A stretch of DNA of 64,000 nt, taken from assembly GCF_046119375.1 (NCBI RefSeq), contig NW_027362762.1, forward strand, positions 29,450,001 to 29,514,000, read 5' to 3'. Origin of the DNA: Phyllobates terribilis (Eukaryota). The position numbers and the translations under genes are program-made. Shown here piece by piece: positions 50,385-63,900 of the stretch. The notes beneath the pieces are model-generated. The model saw nothing but the letters and a program-made list of their open reading frames with translations. It searched no databases and was not told the DNA's origin. The first letter of the stretch is position 1, and each line of letters begins with the position of its first letter.

Positions 50385-52619
50385 ATATGGGAATAACGCT
50401 TTAATCCCATTTTGTCTCATATTGCAATCATAGTTGAGAAATATATGAAGAAACTTCTGTGTCTCTGTGTCCTTCTCCTCACTGCACTGTGTGGCTGGAT
50501 GGACTGCAGCAGGAGCTTCTCCCCTCTGCCTTATCTATTATAGGATAACACAATGCCGCCCTGTACAATGAGGATCGACTTTAGTCTTCCACCAGCTGAA
50601 CATGGAAGGACTGTGGGTATTACACCCTTTTACCATTGCATACCCTTAAAAATAATGACAGACATCTGACTTGGGTTAAATGGGATTGGCAAAGCTTTCT
50701 TAAACTTAACACCTCATGGCAAGATTGAAACGATGCCCTGATCAATCAATAAACTTCTCCCGCTTGGGCCATGCTGTTACTGAGGCCAGTGGGCATGTAA
50801 AATACAGGGCACTACTAGCCACCAAGGGAGGCGGACGAGAAGCCTCCTCACCCCTCCGACCACTGCTTAAAGTAAGGCCAATGGTCCTTCTCCTCCATCC
50901 AGGAGATCCAAAAGAAATATATCATTGCCCACAGCATTAGGAGGGACCGTGAGAGAAATTGTCAAGCATATAAAATCAACCAATGGAGAACAAAAAATCC
51001 AAAAGGATCCAGCGGGAACTGCTAAATAAATAATAAAACTTAGCTTTTACTTAGCCTTTTTAAAAACATGATACTCCACCATATGTTGGCATTAGCGTAC
51101 TGTAAGAGTTTCGACCTACGCATTTCGACGTTAGTCTTAATCTTGGTCAGATTCCCGCTGGATCCTTATTCGTTTTTTCCTAGTTCTCATCACAGCTGCT
51201 CTGACTGGATCCGTGTGGGATTGCACATACTCTACACCCCTCAAGGTGAGCGGTCTTGTTCCTATTTTTTTATATTGTTTTGGTTTGACTTTTGAGGACG
51301 TGGTCCAGTCTTGCACATTATCTTGGGCTTGGTATCATGGGTATCATTCATATATTTGATGTTTTAATCACTGTGTTATGTTTCTTCTCTTTTCTTTTCA
51401 TAATAAAGTTTCATATTTTCGGATGTGCCATCCTTCTTTTGCATCTACTTTTGTTTCCCATTAAGATGGACCCTGTCTGCCAACAACAGATATTCTGATG
51501 CTAAACTGCAGTCCCACCATTGCTTCTCACACAACGAGATATACGCATCTTAAGCAAATATCTCTCAATTGACGTCAAGTCTCTTGCACCCCTCCAATCC
51601 CTTTTAGGAATAATTTCAGACCCCACATGTTAGGGAGATATTAATGACAGGGACATATTAAGAAAATATTAAGCCTTTCTCCCCCATGAAGCCACCCTCA
51701 CTCCTCCCTTATCCATCATTTGTCATGAGACAAGAGCTGACACTCCATGCAGCTGTCTGTGCGCAAGTCTAAGCACACAGGAAAAGTGGCTAATTAGCCA
51801 GATGCTGGCACAAAGAGAAGGCTACAGGACCCACTTAACATACGAATGCATTTCCTCTTAACACTGACCTGGGATAGCTTGACACCTTCTCACAGGCCAG
51901 AGTTTGAAGGAAAGAGGAAATGGCTCGTTAAGTTCAAAGGCATTCACAAATAATTAGGACAATTCCCCAGCTACAGATTGCAGGATTTTCAGCACCGATA
52001 TGAAATATGGAATATTGTAAGGTCCATACGTCCGATAATAACGGGACCTATATTTTTAATGGTAGGGCCAGCCAAGGAACGTGTGCATATTTTCTCATTG
52101 CTGTAAGCCAAACCAGGGAGCTGTGGTGCAAAAGAGGCAAAATAGCAACTACATCATGTGTGGTCTCTAAATGAAGGTAAAATCATAATAGAAAATATGG
52201 TAACACTTTTGTGCTTCTGGGATCAACCAGCGATAAGCTATCCCAAAGAACAGATTTCTAATACAAACATGAAGGGTGGAGCCGAGCCCACATTATGTCA
52301 GCACGGGGGGGTGGGGGTGTGGGCAGGTCTCTCCCTTCAGTACAAAATAGTTTGCTGAGGTTGGAGATTCATTCATTGCAGGAGTAAATATTTAATATAT
52401 GCAATGGATCCTGTTCGATAACAGTCTAATCAAATCTGGAGCATCTCCCCTCCACCTATGCTGAGTCTGCCCTGCGATGGTATAGAGTAACTTTATTCTT
52501 TAATCCTTATTATTTTGTGCAACTGCATATTATGTATTGTAATGTCTCCTTTGTAAAATCCTTGTATATGTTTTTCCTAAACACTGCCTCCCTTTTAGAT
52601 TTAATATAAAATTTAATAG

Positions 52620-55250
52620 TTCTGTTTCTTTCCTGTAATCGTTTCCTCCCCTGAAGCCATATGCTATCAGAACGCAGGCGTCTGCCCAGGCCTGTATTAT
52701 TTTTCATATCTGGTTGGTGGTGGCAGCGAATAATAATATTAATCGGGCTATTGTGAAGCTGACAGTGACCGTACGGAGGGCGTAAACACATATTCCATGC
52801 GTTGGAATCCAGAGGTGTGATGCCATACGCTCACTGGTCGCTTGCTGATACCTAAGAAGTGAGTAGTCTGGATCGTGTGCTCGCGATTCTGGACGACATT
52901 CGTGAGACAGTGACGGCACGGTGAGATATTGCGTGATCTCCCCGGTGGAATATCCCAATTTTGTGAAAAACAACTTCTGAACCTCAAGAAAAAGGACTTC
53001 ATCAAGGTTATCAGTTTGGCCAAGTTCTCATGACCATTTCTACCTACGTGAATCACCAAAATAACCAGACCAACATACTTCTCTCTAATATCCGAGGATG
53101 ATACTGCACTCACTGAAGACCCTGGAACTTTGCAAAAAGAAATACATCTTGGCTACACCCAAATTTAATCCAATTCGCCAATTAGCAATTTGTCGAGCAG
53201 CAAAATAAGGAAAAATATAAACACGGTGGCTGTCAGATCTCCATCTACACCAAAACCTCTTAATACCCTCAGCCTAAAGAATCGGCCTCAGTCATAGCTC
53301 CAATTCTAAAGGAATGTGTACCGAAATAAGCGGCATCCACCACAACAGAAGTGAGGAAAGCCTTAAACTGATACAGCATAAGAGGCACATAACCTTTTGT
53401 ATGCTAGCAAATGTTGTTCTGAGGACCTAACAGCAATGCACTCCCTTATAATAAGCACTGGACAAACCACTAGATGCAGTGACCCAATAGATAGCCAAGT
53501 TCTGTTGTCAGACTGGTCAATCTTTGGTCATCGAATGCAGACTTTCACTTGATCTTCCAACAAAACTACATCCTAGTTAGTCAAACCACCCTGCTGGCCT
53601 CCACTGATTTCTTCCAATTCCACCACCTGTAAAGCAGACAAAAAGGCTAAAGCAAAGGCTGGACTAGACAACCGACTCTCACAAGAGTTCAAACCACAAG
53701 TAATGGGAATAACATGCTCCGCAATAAAGCACAGGACACCGGACTTCTATAGTCCCTTCGAATGACGTTCCTTGTTCTTTCACCCATTTACGCCACAAAA
53801 TCCTTTGTCACATCCCCGAATAAAAACAGAGTTTGAGCATAAAAAGTGATGACAACCAGATCTTTATGAGCTGCACCGACTGAAGCCCTCCCCTGGCCAG
53901 GGTGACTTGCACCAAAGGTTACCAAGGAGCGCCGAAACAGTCACGACCCATCTCATCGGCAAACAGCTGTAAATCAGCACAGAATGCCTCCTTCTCCTGA
54001 CAAACTGCTTTCCCATTGAAGGTTTGCAAAAATAAGTGCCACATTTCCAAATCCTCCCATAACAGCCTAGTGCAAATGCGCTGGTCCCTGTACACCCTGG
54101 GTAACGATAAACAACCAAAAAACACGACCCATGGATATAATTCTATCAACAGAAAACAAAAGACCCAGGAGTGACTGCAGCGGCTGCTGCAATGTGACTT
54201 TTTGGCTGACACAAACTGGTCTATGAAAGATTGCAGCTGAGCAAATTTACCCGCGGGAAGCCAAAAAAACATATTGTTCATGTCAGTCTCCATGCCTAAA
54301 AAAGAAAGCTGCATAACTGAAGCCTCTGTGTGATCCTCTGCAATGCGAACACCTATCTATGACGTAAAGACACAAAAAGAATGCAACAAAAAGGCCAAAG
54401 TGTCACCACCCTTTGAGCCAATGCACAAAAACTTAAAAAGTCATCTACGTAATGACCCACAGAGAGTAACTACATGTCTCTATTTTAATCATTCCACAAA
54501 AAGATTCAAACAGTTAAAAAAATTGCAAGAATTAGAAAACCCCACAGGCAAACACTTATCCACATAAACTTCCCCACCCACACGACGCCCTAACAAACAA
54601 TAATACGACCATTGTACGAGTAATAAATGAAATGCCGATTCATCCTCTGACTCGGCTATAAGGTCTTCCAAAACCCGTTCAACCCATTGAATTGCGACAT
54701 CAAATGACATATAAGAAACTGCTGCCTCATCCTTTATAACCTATCGTTGAGTCTCCAGGTAAGGCAAGTAATAAATTAGACAAAATTTACCTGTCTAATT
54801 TTTGGGACCAAGCCAAGAGAGGACTCCCATAAACTGGATACTCGCCCACACTGATCCCTCCTGAGCTACTGCTATATTTTCTCTGATTTCAGATGATCAT
54901 ATAATTGTAAGTGGTGGAAGGTCAAGAGGGTATGAAAACCAGCACTAAAATCCCCAGTGAGAAGTTTGTCTTCCTGCCTCTTGGGGTAATGTTTGAGCCA
55001 CAGGCCCATGGACACACAGTGGCATTCTCCGATGTGCCTGGAATACCAGGCCTTTGTCTGACAGAAGAAGAGTAGGGCCGAATGAGCTCCCTCACAAATG
55101 CAGCACTCATGATGGAGGTGGCAAAGAACATATAATGTCCTTCGTTATAGAGCTAACAAAATCTTGTGGATGGAACGCTGAGCCACCACTCCTGGAGCCG
55201 ATTTGATCCAATAGGAGTGGCACCACCAGGAAAGAACAGGGTTTGCTGTT
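52620..55250 (-). pseudogene. Ngaro/DIRS-like tyrosine-recombinase retrotransposon remnant (gag end, RT/RH, YR, SGNH-like hydrolase ORF)
   Basis: ESAFHLLLV...YVDKCLPVG (RT), QLSFLGMETD, THSFRIGA (YR box, about 53300), VILVIHVGRN...LMKSFFLRFRSCF (hydrolase-like); heavily degraded, boundaries approximate. Confidence 0.75.
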
Positions 55251-55443
55251 TTTGAGGCAAATTTGGCTTTATTTAAACATTGGTGGAATTGGGCGCCCAA
55301 CCAATAGACAGAGCAATGTTAAATCCTTCATCACAACACCCTCACGCTATATGTGGTGTCTAGAAAAATAAACAACTAGACTCTCTTCTCCAGAACATAC
55401 ACCAATGTTGTAAACCCATGAAACCGTCGGCACAACCTTTGTA

Positions 55444-57073
55444 CAATACAGACCAAAAGTTTGGACACACCTTCTCATTTAAATTTTTTTCTGTATTTTA
55501 ATGACTATGAAAATTGTACATTCACACTGAAGGCATCAAAACTATGAATTACCACATGTGGAATTATATACTTAACAAAAAAGTGTGAAATAACTGAAAA
55601 TATGTCTTATATTCTAGGTTCTTCAAAGTAGCCGCCTTTTGCTTTGATGACTGCTTTGCACACTCTTGGCATTCTCTTGATGAGCTTCAAGAGGTAGTCA
55701 CCGGAAATGGTCTTCACTTCACAGGTGTGCCCTGTCAGGTTTAATAAGTGGGATTTCTTGCCTTATAAATGGGGTTGGGACCATCAGTTGTGTTGTGCAG
55801 AAGTCTGGTGGATACACAGCTGATAGTCCTACTGAATAGACTGTTAGAATTTGTATTATGGCAAGAAAACAGCAGCTAAGTAAAGAAAAACGAGTGGCCG
55901 TCATTAATTTAAGAAATGAAGGTCAGTCAGTGCGAAAAATTGGGAAAACTTTGAATGTGTCCCCAAGTGCAGTTGCAAAAACCATCAAGCGCTACAAAGA
56001 AACTGGCTCACATGAGGACCGCCCCAGGAAAGGAAGACCAAGAGTCACCCCTACTTCTGAGGATAAGTTTATCTGAGTCACCAGCCTCAGAAATCGCAGG
56101 TTAACAGCAGCTCAGATTAGAGACCAGGTCAATGCCACACAGAGTTCTAGCAGCAGACACATCTCTACAACAACTGTTAAGAGGAGACTTTGTGCAGCAG
56201 GCCTTCAAGGTAAAATAGCTGCTAGGAAACCACTGCTAAGGACAGGCATCAAGCAGAAGAGACTTGTTTGGGCTAAAGAACACAAGGAATGGACATTAGA
56301 CCAGTGGAAATCTGTGCTTTGGTCTGATGAGCCCAAATTTGAGATCTTTGGTTCCAACCACCGTGTCTTTGTGCGACGCAGAAAAGGTGAACGGATGGAC
56401 TCTACATGCCTGGTTCCCACCGTGAAGCATGGAGGAGGAGGTGTGATGGTGTGGGGGTGCTTTGCTGGTGACACTGTTGGGGATTTATTCAAAATTGAAG
56501 GCATACTGAACATGCATGGTTACCACAGCATCTTGCAGCGGCATACTATTCCATCCGGTTTGCGTTTAGTTGGACCACCATTTATTTTTCAACAGGACAA
56601 TGACCCCAAACACACCTCCAGGCTGTGTAAGGGCTATTTGACCAAGAAGGAGAGTGATGGGGTGCTACGTCAGATGACCTGGCATCCACAGTCACCAGAC
56701 CTGAACCCAATCGAGATGGTTTGGGGTGAGCTGGACCGCAGAGTGAAGGCAAAAGGGCCGACAAGTTCTAAGCATCTCTGGGAACTCCTTCAAGATTGTT
56801 GGAAGACCATTTCCAGTGACTACCTCTTGAAGCTCATCAAGAGAATGCCAAGAGTGTGCAAAGCAGTCATCAAAGCAAAAGGTGGCTACTTTGAAGAACC
56901 TAGAATATAAGATATATTTTCAGTTGTTTCACACTCTTTTGTTAAGTATATAATTTCACATGTGTTAATTCATAGTTTTGATGCCTTCAATGTGAATGTA
57001 CAATTTTCAAAGTCATGAAAATACAGAAAAATCTTCAAATGAGAAGGTGTGTCCAAACTTTTGGTCTGTACTG
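55444..57073 (+). mobile_element. Full-length Tc1-like transposon, DD38E (Intruder-type)
   Basis: TIRs CA(A/G)TACAGACCAAAAGTTTGGACACACCTTCTCATT at both ends; TA TSD (55442-55443, 57074-57075); 1630 bp. Confidence 0.95.
55858..56910 (+). pseudogene. Tc1-like transposase, 350 codons, single premature stop
   Basis: Continuous frame except TGA at 56074-56076; catalytic WSDE, QQD and NPIE, with 38 residues between the second D and E. Confidence 0.93.
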
Positions 57074-57476
57074 TATGTTTCGTCCAAAAAAACCTTTCCC
57101 CATCAACCGTCACATGATTCATTGAAAAGAGTGACCATACATCAATGACCTCACTTTTCCAAAGCTTCTCTCTCGTTTTAGTGGACAAGTGCAAAAGTAC
57201 CCTGTGCCACAGAAAGTGGAGTCTTTGAAAGTTAAGTTAGGCAGGACTTCAGAATGCTCAGGTGTTTGACGGTGCTCAGTGGCAAAACTGTCTGACCCAG
57301 CAACAACAGTCCTTCTCTCATCGGGAGACTGGAGGCAGGTGGAAGGTTGGGGAATCACAGAAAAGGAGAATACCCAGTGCACAGTCCGACCCTTGTACAG
57401 CAAAAGCTAATTTGCTGGAAACTTAAAATAGTGATTAAAGAAGAAACACAAAGCAGATTTCTTCACCGAAGGCATC

Positions 57477-58622
57477 TGTAGCACCCTGAGGATTCGGCTG
57501 CTACAGGGGTATTGCACCTCAACCCAGAGGTGTGGTATTCCACTCCCGGGTAAGGATGGAGTGTGGAACTGAGCTCAGTAGGCTGCATGCACTACATACA
57601 TCCCATTTCCGGGGGACAGAACAACGGTACTCCCACCAGTATATGTGCAGGTACGACAGCGTCTGTCCCTGGCTGGAGTGGGAGGGGGGTGGAACATCCC
57701 AGTAGTGTAGGGGCAGATAGGGGGAGTAGTCTGGGTAAATGTAGGAGCTCATTGGGTGCTGGTCACCTGAGCTCACACATAGAGGGAGTATATAAGGTGG
57801 GCACCATCTTAGATCAGGGTCAGTCAGTCAGTCAGAGAGAGAGCCTGCAGTGAAGCAGAGGAGAAGGAAGAGAGACCCAGAGGCGCAGGACAAGAGGGGA
57901 CCCCAAGAGCCCGTATGAGAGCTGATAAGGGTGAAGGGTCGGCAAAAGGGTACCGGATCCTAAGCTGGCAGAGGCTAAAGCACACCTTAGCCAGGAACCG
58001 GAGGTCGTGGGCAGGATCTGCCACGACCCTCACCAAATCCACCAGGAAGGCACACCACGAGTAGGGCCAGGGAAGCCAGAGAAGGTTCAACCACTATGAG
58101 GCCCGAGGGAGCTGGACAGAGGTGGATCCCTGGTGGGAACGGCCAGAAGAAGGGAGAGTCAGAAAGGAGCTCAGGACCATACTCAAGAATTGCCCGGGAG
58201 TTGACCGAGTCCAGGACCTGGTGGACGCAGCACGGCTTGGGTGGTCACTGCTGTACACAGTGACCCGAGCAACACCAGTAAGTAAAACCCTGGAACTGCA
58301 TTTTATGCCTCTGAGTCTCCTTGCTGCACCTTCACAACCACCATCCTCCACGGCTGACCCCCTGAGGCTATACCCCTCCCGTTGGGGGTTATACTACCAC
58401 AGCTGCACACACACCACCAGCCTCAGCGGATCATCCTGCAGCGGCGGCCTTTTGACCGCAAATCAACGGGTGGCGTAGCCGACACTAAAAACATCTACAA
58501 GGACTGCCGCACACTGAGTTTGACACCCTGGGCACGGACCGGGTCACAGCCACTCGGAGACTACAACCCCCATCTGATCCGGCTCCGGGTATCCCTAACA
58601 ACATGGCCCAGGGGGCGCGTCA
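57477..58622 (+). mobile_element. Solo LTR, same Gypsy group but with a different U3
   Basis: TGTAGCACCC...GGCGCGTCA; 4-bp TSD CATC (57473-57476, 58623-58626); the 3' part resembles 221-1218, the 5' part does not. Confidence 0.9.
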
Positions 58623-58864
58623 CATCCATTTAATCAGTATTACAGCCCCATTACAGCCGTGTCTTTACTTTAAAGTTCTCTTCAAAGACTCACCAAAATC
58701 AGGTGTTGTTGGTACTTCAGGAGTTACTTCTGGCTGTGATGGCACAGGAGGCGCTTCAGACAATTGTTTCATTTGAATCGAGTAGCTCACACCACGTTTG
58801 CCAATTGGATCTTCTCTTTCGTTGCATCGCACATCCTTTCCTGCAGTATTGGTCACAGGGATGT

Positions 58865-59205
58865 TCTTGAGCAAACTCGTTTCAGTCCGTGAGTGATGTG
58901 AGACTGGGACGGAGCTTCACCTTCAAACAAGACAATGACCCAAAGCATTCTGCTAAAGCAACACTCGAGTGGTGTAAGGGGAAATGAGGAAATGTTCTGG
59001 AGCGGCCGAGTCACAGCCCAGACCTTAATCCAATGGAGAATCTGTGGTCAGAGTGAAGATTGCTGTTCACCAGAGGAACCATCTAACTTGAAGGAGCTGG
59101 AGCAGTTTTGCCTTGAGGAAAGGGCAGAAATTCCAATGGCTAAATGTGGAAAGCTCATAGAGACTTATTAAAGGTGACATGCAGTTGTAATTGCCGCAAA
59201 AGGAG
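58865..59205 (+). pseudogene. Tc1 DD34E transposase C-terminal fragment
   Basis: FKQDNDPKH...SPDLNPME (34 spacing), NLKELEQFCLEE, AAKGGS; degraded. Confidence 0.82.
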
Positions 59206-59299
59206 GCTCCACTTATGTAAACGCTCAAAAAAACAGTGAAATTCCAGGTTGTGATGTAGCAAAACACAAAAAATGCTAAGCTGGGTAAATACTTTCTTA

Positions 59300-60256
59300 A
59301 GCCAATATATGTATACCCCTCAGGGGTAAATGTTTTTAATGTTTTTCAGCCCTTTCACTTAGTGCATACAGTAGGCTTTACCAGACTAGGAGCTCCACTC
59401 CTTAAAAATGGGAACAAAAATGTTTTCTGATGCCCTCCGTTACGTGTCTTCCAGGGTGTACTGCAGTCCCTCCTTCTAATTTTTGGACAGTCCTTGCACT
59501 TAGTGCATATTTAGTGGAGTCCCACTACCTAACAATTGTAACAGAATGTGTATGAGGCCTCCTTTAGGTCTACTACAGGCAGTATCCGAGGCCCTCTTCC
59601 TTCTAATTTTTGGCAGCTGTTGCATTGTCCGCATAGGCTTTGTGACTTTCAGAGTCCCTCCTTCATGAATTAAACAGGATGTGTCTGACCATGTCACACA
59701 CCACAGCCCAGATAAGGTAGTAAAATGTTAACATTACATTTACCAGTGACTATCAGTTGGTGCATTATTTTTCCCCCCTCTACTTTGTCATCTACTGTAG
59801 TCATAGGTGACGGGGAAATATGGTGAGAGATGGCACAGCTATTAAGGAGTGGATGGGGCGGTTTTTTTTCTCTTTTTAATTTTGCCTTGTATACAAGTCA
59901 TTACCCTGGAAAGAATGATTCCTGACATTTTTTCCAGTAAAATCCATTTTGGCTTCCTTTTTGTATGTTTTATTGTCAGTCCGTAAAAGTGGGGTAATAC
60001 CTCTGACAACGTGACCTGGGAGTCAGAAATTCATCCAGGCGTCTTCCCCATGCTGTTCCCATTCCACTTTCGTGCTGTTTCCATCCATTTCAGAGATTTT
60101 CCTCCTCTCCCCAGACCTCCTAAGTCTGATGGAAAAATGCTCGAGTTTCCCATTGACTTTCGTTATACTTGGTACTCGAGTCAAGCCCGTCCAAGCATCC
60201 AACCTGCTCGATTTGAATACCAAGCACTCGAGCATTTTAGTGGTCACTCATCACTA
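59300..60256. mobile_element. Terminal fragment of a TAGTGATGAGCG-type hAT element
   Basis: Ends CACTCATCACTA; reverse complement of 19638-20700; partner end not found. Confidence 0.75.
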
Positions 60257-60289
60257 TTGAATATTACTACATCTTCATTGTCTTCATTG

Positions 60290-60699
60290 TCATTCAAGGG
60301 ACCTGTTAACAGTAATACCGAGTGCCGGACCTCAGTGAAGTGATGTCGTAGTGGGAGCCAAGTTTTCCCACAGCAGATGCTTGATTTGTGGCTTGGAATA
60401 TGGCCCCTAACGTGTTGGGTGGTCTCGCCAATATATAGTAAGCTGCAGGGCCATTTTACAACATACACCACAAACTTTGAGTCACATGTGAAGTAGTCTT
60501 TGATGAAATATGTTTTACCTGTCCTTGGGTGAGTGACTTCGCTGGTTTTAATGACTTTGGAACAGGCTGCATAGTTAAGGCAAAGAAATGTACCCGTCCT
60601 TCCAGTGTTAAGGAAAAGTTGGGTAGGTTGTTTCTGTGTGCTGCCAATGTCAGCCCTTCAGCCCTTACCAATTGGTCCATTTTATTGTGAGGTCTTTTG
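60290..60699 (-). pseudogene. Penelope GIY-YIG endonuclease fragment
   Basis: RPHNKMDQLVRA, GTFLCLNYAACS, HPRTGKTYFIKDYFTCDSKFVVY...CSLLYIGETT. Confidence 0.8.
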
Positions 60700-60960
60700 T
60701 GTTGCACAGCTTCACAGAGCAGATTACATGGGATAACAAGCTTTTACTTCTCATAACATGATTTAAGGAAAAAACGCACAGTCACACAGTACTGCACCAG
60801 GAAGTAAGAACAAAACAGAAAAAATACAAGAGAGATTTTTTTCTTTTTTACAATACAGTAAACAAGGAAACTTTACACAACATCGCCATCTACTGTCAGA
60901 TCAGCATAAAGTCCTCCTTCACACAAACAAAGAAGTCCACAACTGTTGCATATACCAACA
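60700..60960 (-). mobile_element. Probable 3' LTR of the Copia element
   Basis: Starts TGTTGG right after PPT GAGAAAGGG (60961-60969); candidate end GCAACA at 60700, where the Penelope frame resumes. Confidence 0.6.
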
Positions 60961-60981
60961 CCCTTTCTCAACAGTAAAGAC

Positions 60982-63900
60982 TTATTCAGTCAAACCCAAT
61001 TTCTTCATTAGTCTCTGATGTTTTTCAGCATTCAACGCCTTTGTGAAAATGTCTGCTGTCATATCTTCAGTTGGACAATATTCTAATTTCAGGATTCCTT
61101 GTTCCTGATGGTCCCTCAAGAAACGATACTTCACATCAATGTTCTTGGTTCTTGGGTTAACTATTTCCATCTGAACAAGAACAAGACATCCCTGATTGTC
61201 CTCATTTATTTTTGTTGGTTCCAACTGTGCTTGTCCTAGGTCTGTTAGCAATTGTCTTAACCATAGAACTTCTTGACTCGCATGTGCCGCTGCAACATAT
61301 TCTGCTTCTGTTGACGACAGTGTTACTATTGATTGTTTTTTACTAGTCTAACTAATTGGTCCACCTGAGAGAAAGAAAAGATTGCCACTGGTAGATTTTC
61401 TGTCAGATGGATCTCCAGCCCAATCTGCATCAACGTATCCAGTTAAAATGCATTTATCACTTGTAGGCAGTTTCAGTTTAACATTGCTGGTTCCTTTCAA
61501 ATAACGTATTACTCTCTTCGCAACATTCCAATCCACTTTATTCGGCTTGGACACTTTTCTACTCAGAATTCCTATTGCTGCTGCAATGTCTGGCCTTGTA
61601 ACATTGGCTAGATACAGTAATTTTCCTATTGCCATTCTGCACTCTTCATTATTTGGTAACACATTTTTCTCACTACTCATCTCTTTAAGATAATTAGTTT
61701 CCGTTGGAGACTTTGCTGGTTTTGCATCCTTCAATCCAAATGTTTCGGTTATGTCTTGAATCATGTGATTTTGATTAAGTAGGAGACTTCCATCTTCTTC
61801 TCTTTCTATCTGTATTCCTAAGGACTGTTTCACATTTCCCAAGTCTTTGATCTCAAAATGTTGATTTAGGATTTTTAGTATGTCCTCTTTATCCCTTTCT
61901 TTTTCAAAACAAACTAAAATGTCATCAACATATATGAGTACATAGATCCATCTGTCCATTAGTCCTTTTGTGTACAGGCAAGGATCAGCTTTGCTTCTTT
62001 TAAATTTTTCATTTTTGAGCACCTCCGTGATTTTATCATTCCACGCTTTAGCAGCTTGTTTTAAACCTCTATATACTTTAGTACTTTACTTAAACCGTAT
62101 ATACTTTTCTGTAATTTGCAAACCATGTTTGGGTTACTTTCATCTTTGAATCCTGGAGGTTGTTTCATGTAAATATCTTCTGTTAAACTTCCATTCAAAA
62201 ATGCTGCCTTTACATCCAGATGTTTCAGTTCCATTTGTTTCATTGCTGCAACTGCAAACAAAGTTCTTATTGTAGCATGTTTCACAACTGGAGCAAATGT
62301 TTCATCATAGTCTTCTCCATATTTTTGAGAATAACCTTTAGCTACGAGTCTTGCTCGGTATCGTTCAGCTGTGCCATCTGTTCGGTACTTTACTTTAAAA
62401 ACCCATTTACATCCTATAGCTTTTCTTCCTTCTGGTAATTCTGTTAGTGTCCATGTTTTTGAGCCATGCATGGATTTTATTTCTATTTCTGTGGGCTCTA
62501 TCCATTTATTGGCTTCTTCTTCAGGAAGTCGAGATATGTCTTCCTAAGAGGTAGGCTCATAAATTTTACTTGTACTTGCCTTGTATGAAAGGCGTATTGG
62601 TGGTTTTCCTCTGTTTTCTCTTATTGAACGTCTTGGTTCTGTGTCTGTTTGTAGTTGTTTCTCTTCACTTTCAGTATTCTGTTTTTTATTCATTTCAACT
62701 TCTTTTTCATCAGATATTTCTTCAGCTATATCATTGCTGTTTTTCTAATTTTTTTTTCCAGTGAAATCATAGTGTCTTCATTTAGATCCTCAATGAATGT
62801 CACACTGTTACTCACCATAACTCTGTCTGTTTTGGGATCTAGGATTCTATTTCCTTTGCAATTTTCACTATATCCAACAAATATTCCTTCCAAGGACTTA
62901 CAGTATTTTGAAGTTTGGAACGTTTTTCTGTTGGAATGAATACAAAAACTTTACAACCAAAAACTCTTAAATGATTTACACTTGGTTTCATACCTTGCCA
63001 CAGTTCATATGTTTGTTTTTTTTCAGTTTTCTAGAAAAAAAGTCAGTTTTGTAGATATGTAGCTGTCATGGCTGCTTCACCCCAATATTTCTCTGATAGT
63101 TTGGAATCTGTCAGCATACACCTTATCATTTCAGTCAGAGTTCTGTTTTTCCTTTCTGCTACTCCATTTTGTGTGTGTAAGGAACAGTCTTTTGATGCTC
63201 TATACCATTTTTTCTTAATTAGTTTTCTATTTGGTGTCCTGTGAATTCACCTCCATTATCACTTCTATTGACAATTAGCTTCCTCTGAAACTTGTTATTC
63301 GACTTTGTCACGTAGTCTACTAGTTTATTGAAAACTTCGCTTTTGTTCTTGATCAAGTATGTGACTGTGTATCTTGAGTAGTCATCTATAAAAGTCACCA
63401 TATATCTATTGCCTCCTGATGTAGTCACTTTCATGGGTCCACATACGTCAGTATGCACTAAATCAAGTCGTCTTGTGCTTTTCGTTTCACTTTCTTTAGG
63501 AATAGATATCCTTGTGGCTTTGGATTTCACATCTTACGGTAATTGAGCAATCAGATATCAATAGATCCTTTGTCAATTTTTTCCTTTGCAGCTCCATTAT
63601 ACTTTCAGGATGTCTGTGTCCTAGACGTCTATGCCACGTCTAGGACGTGAATACAATTCCTGTGATCTTGTGTACACAACTTCATCTGTTCCTTTAATGT
63701 GTCTAGATGATATAATTGTTCATCTGCCTTGACATTGGTTATTACCTTGTTTCCTGCTAAGATTGTACACTCATCATCTTTGAATTTTACAGTAAGTCCT
63801 TTAGCTGTTAGGCATTTTACAGATAACAATCCTCCTTCTAATCCTGGAACATATAACACATCTTGTACAAGTATTTTTGAATCATGCCCAAACTTGTGAG

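Noticed and set aside
50445-50543. Signal-peptide-like short ORF MKKLLCLCVLLLTALCG
   Set aside because: It is only 32 codons, has no convincing donor site, and its hydrophobicity follows from a CT/GT-rich tract.
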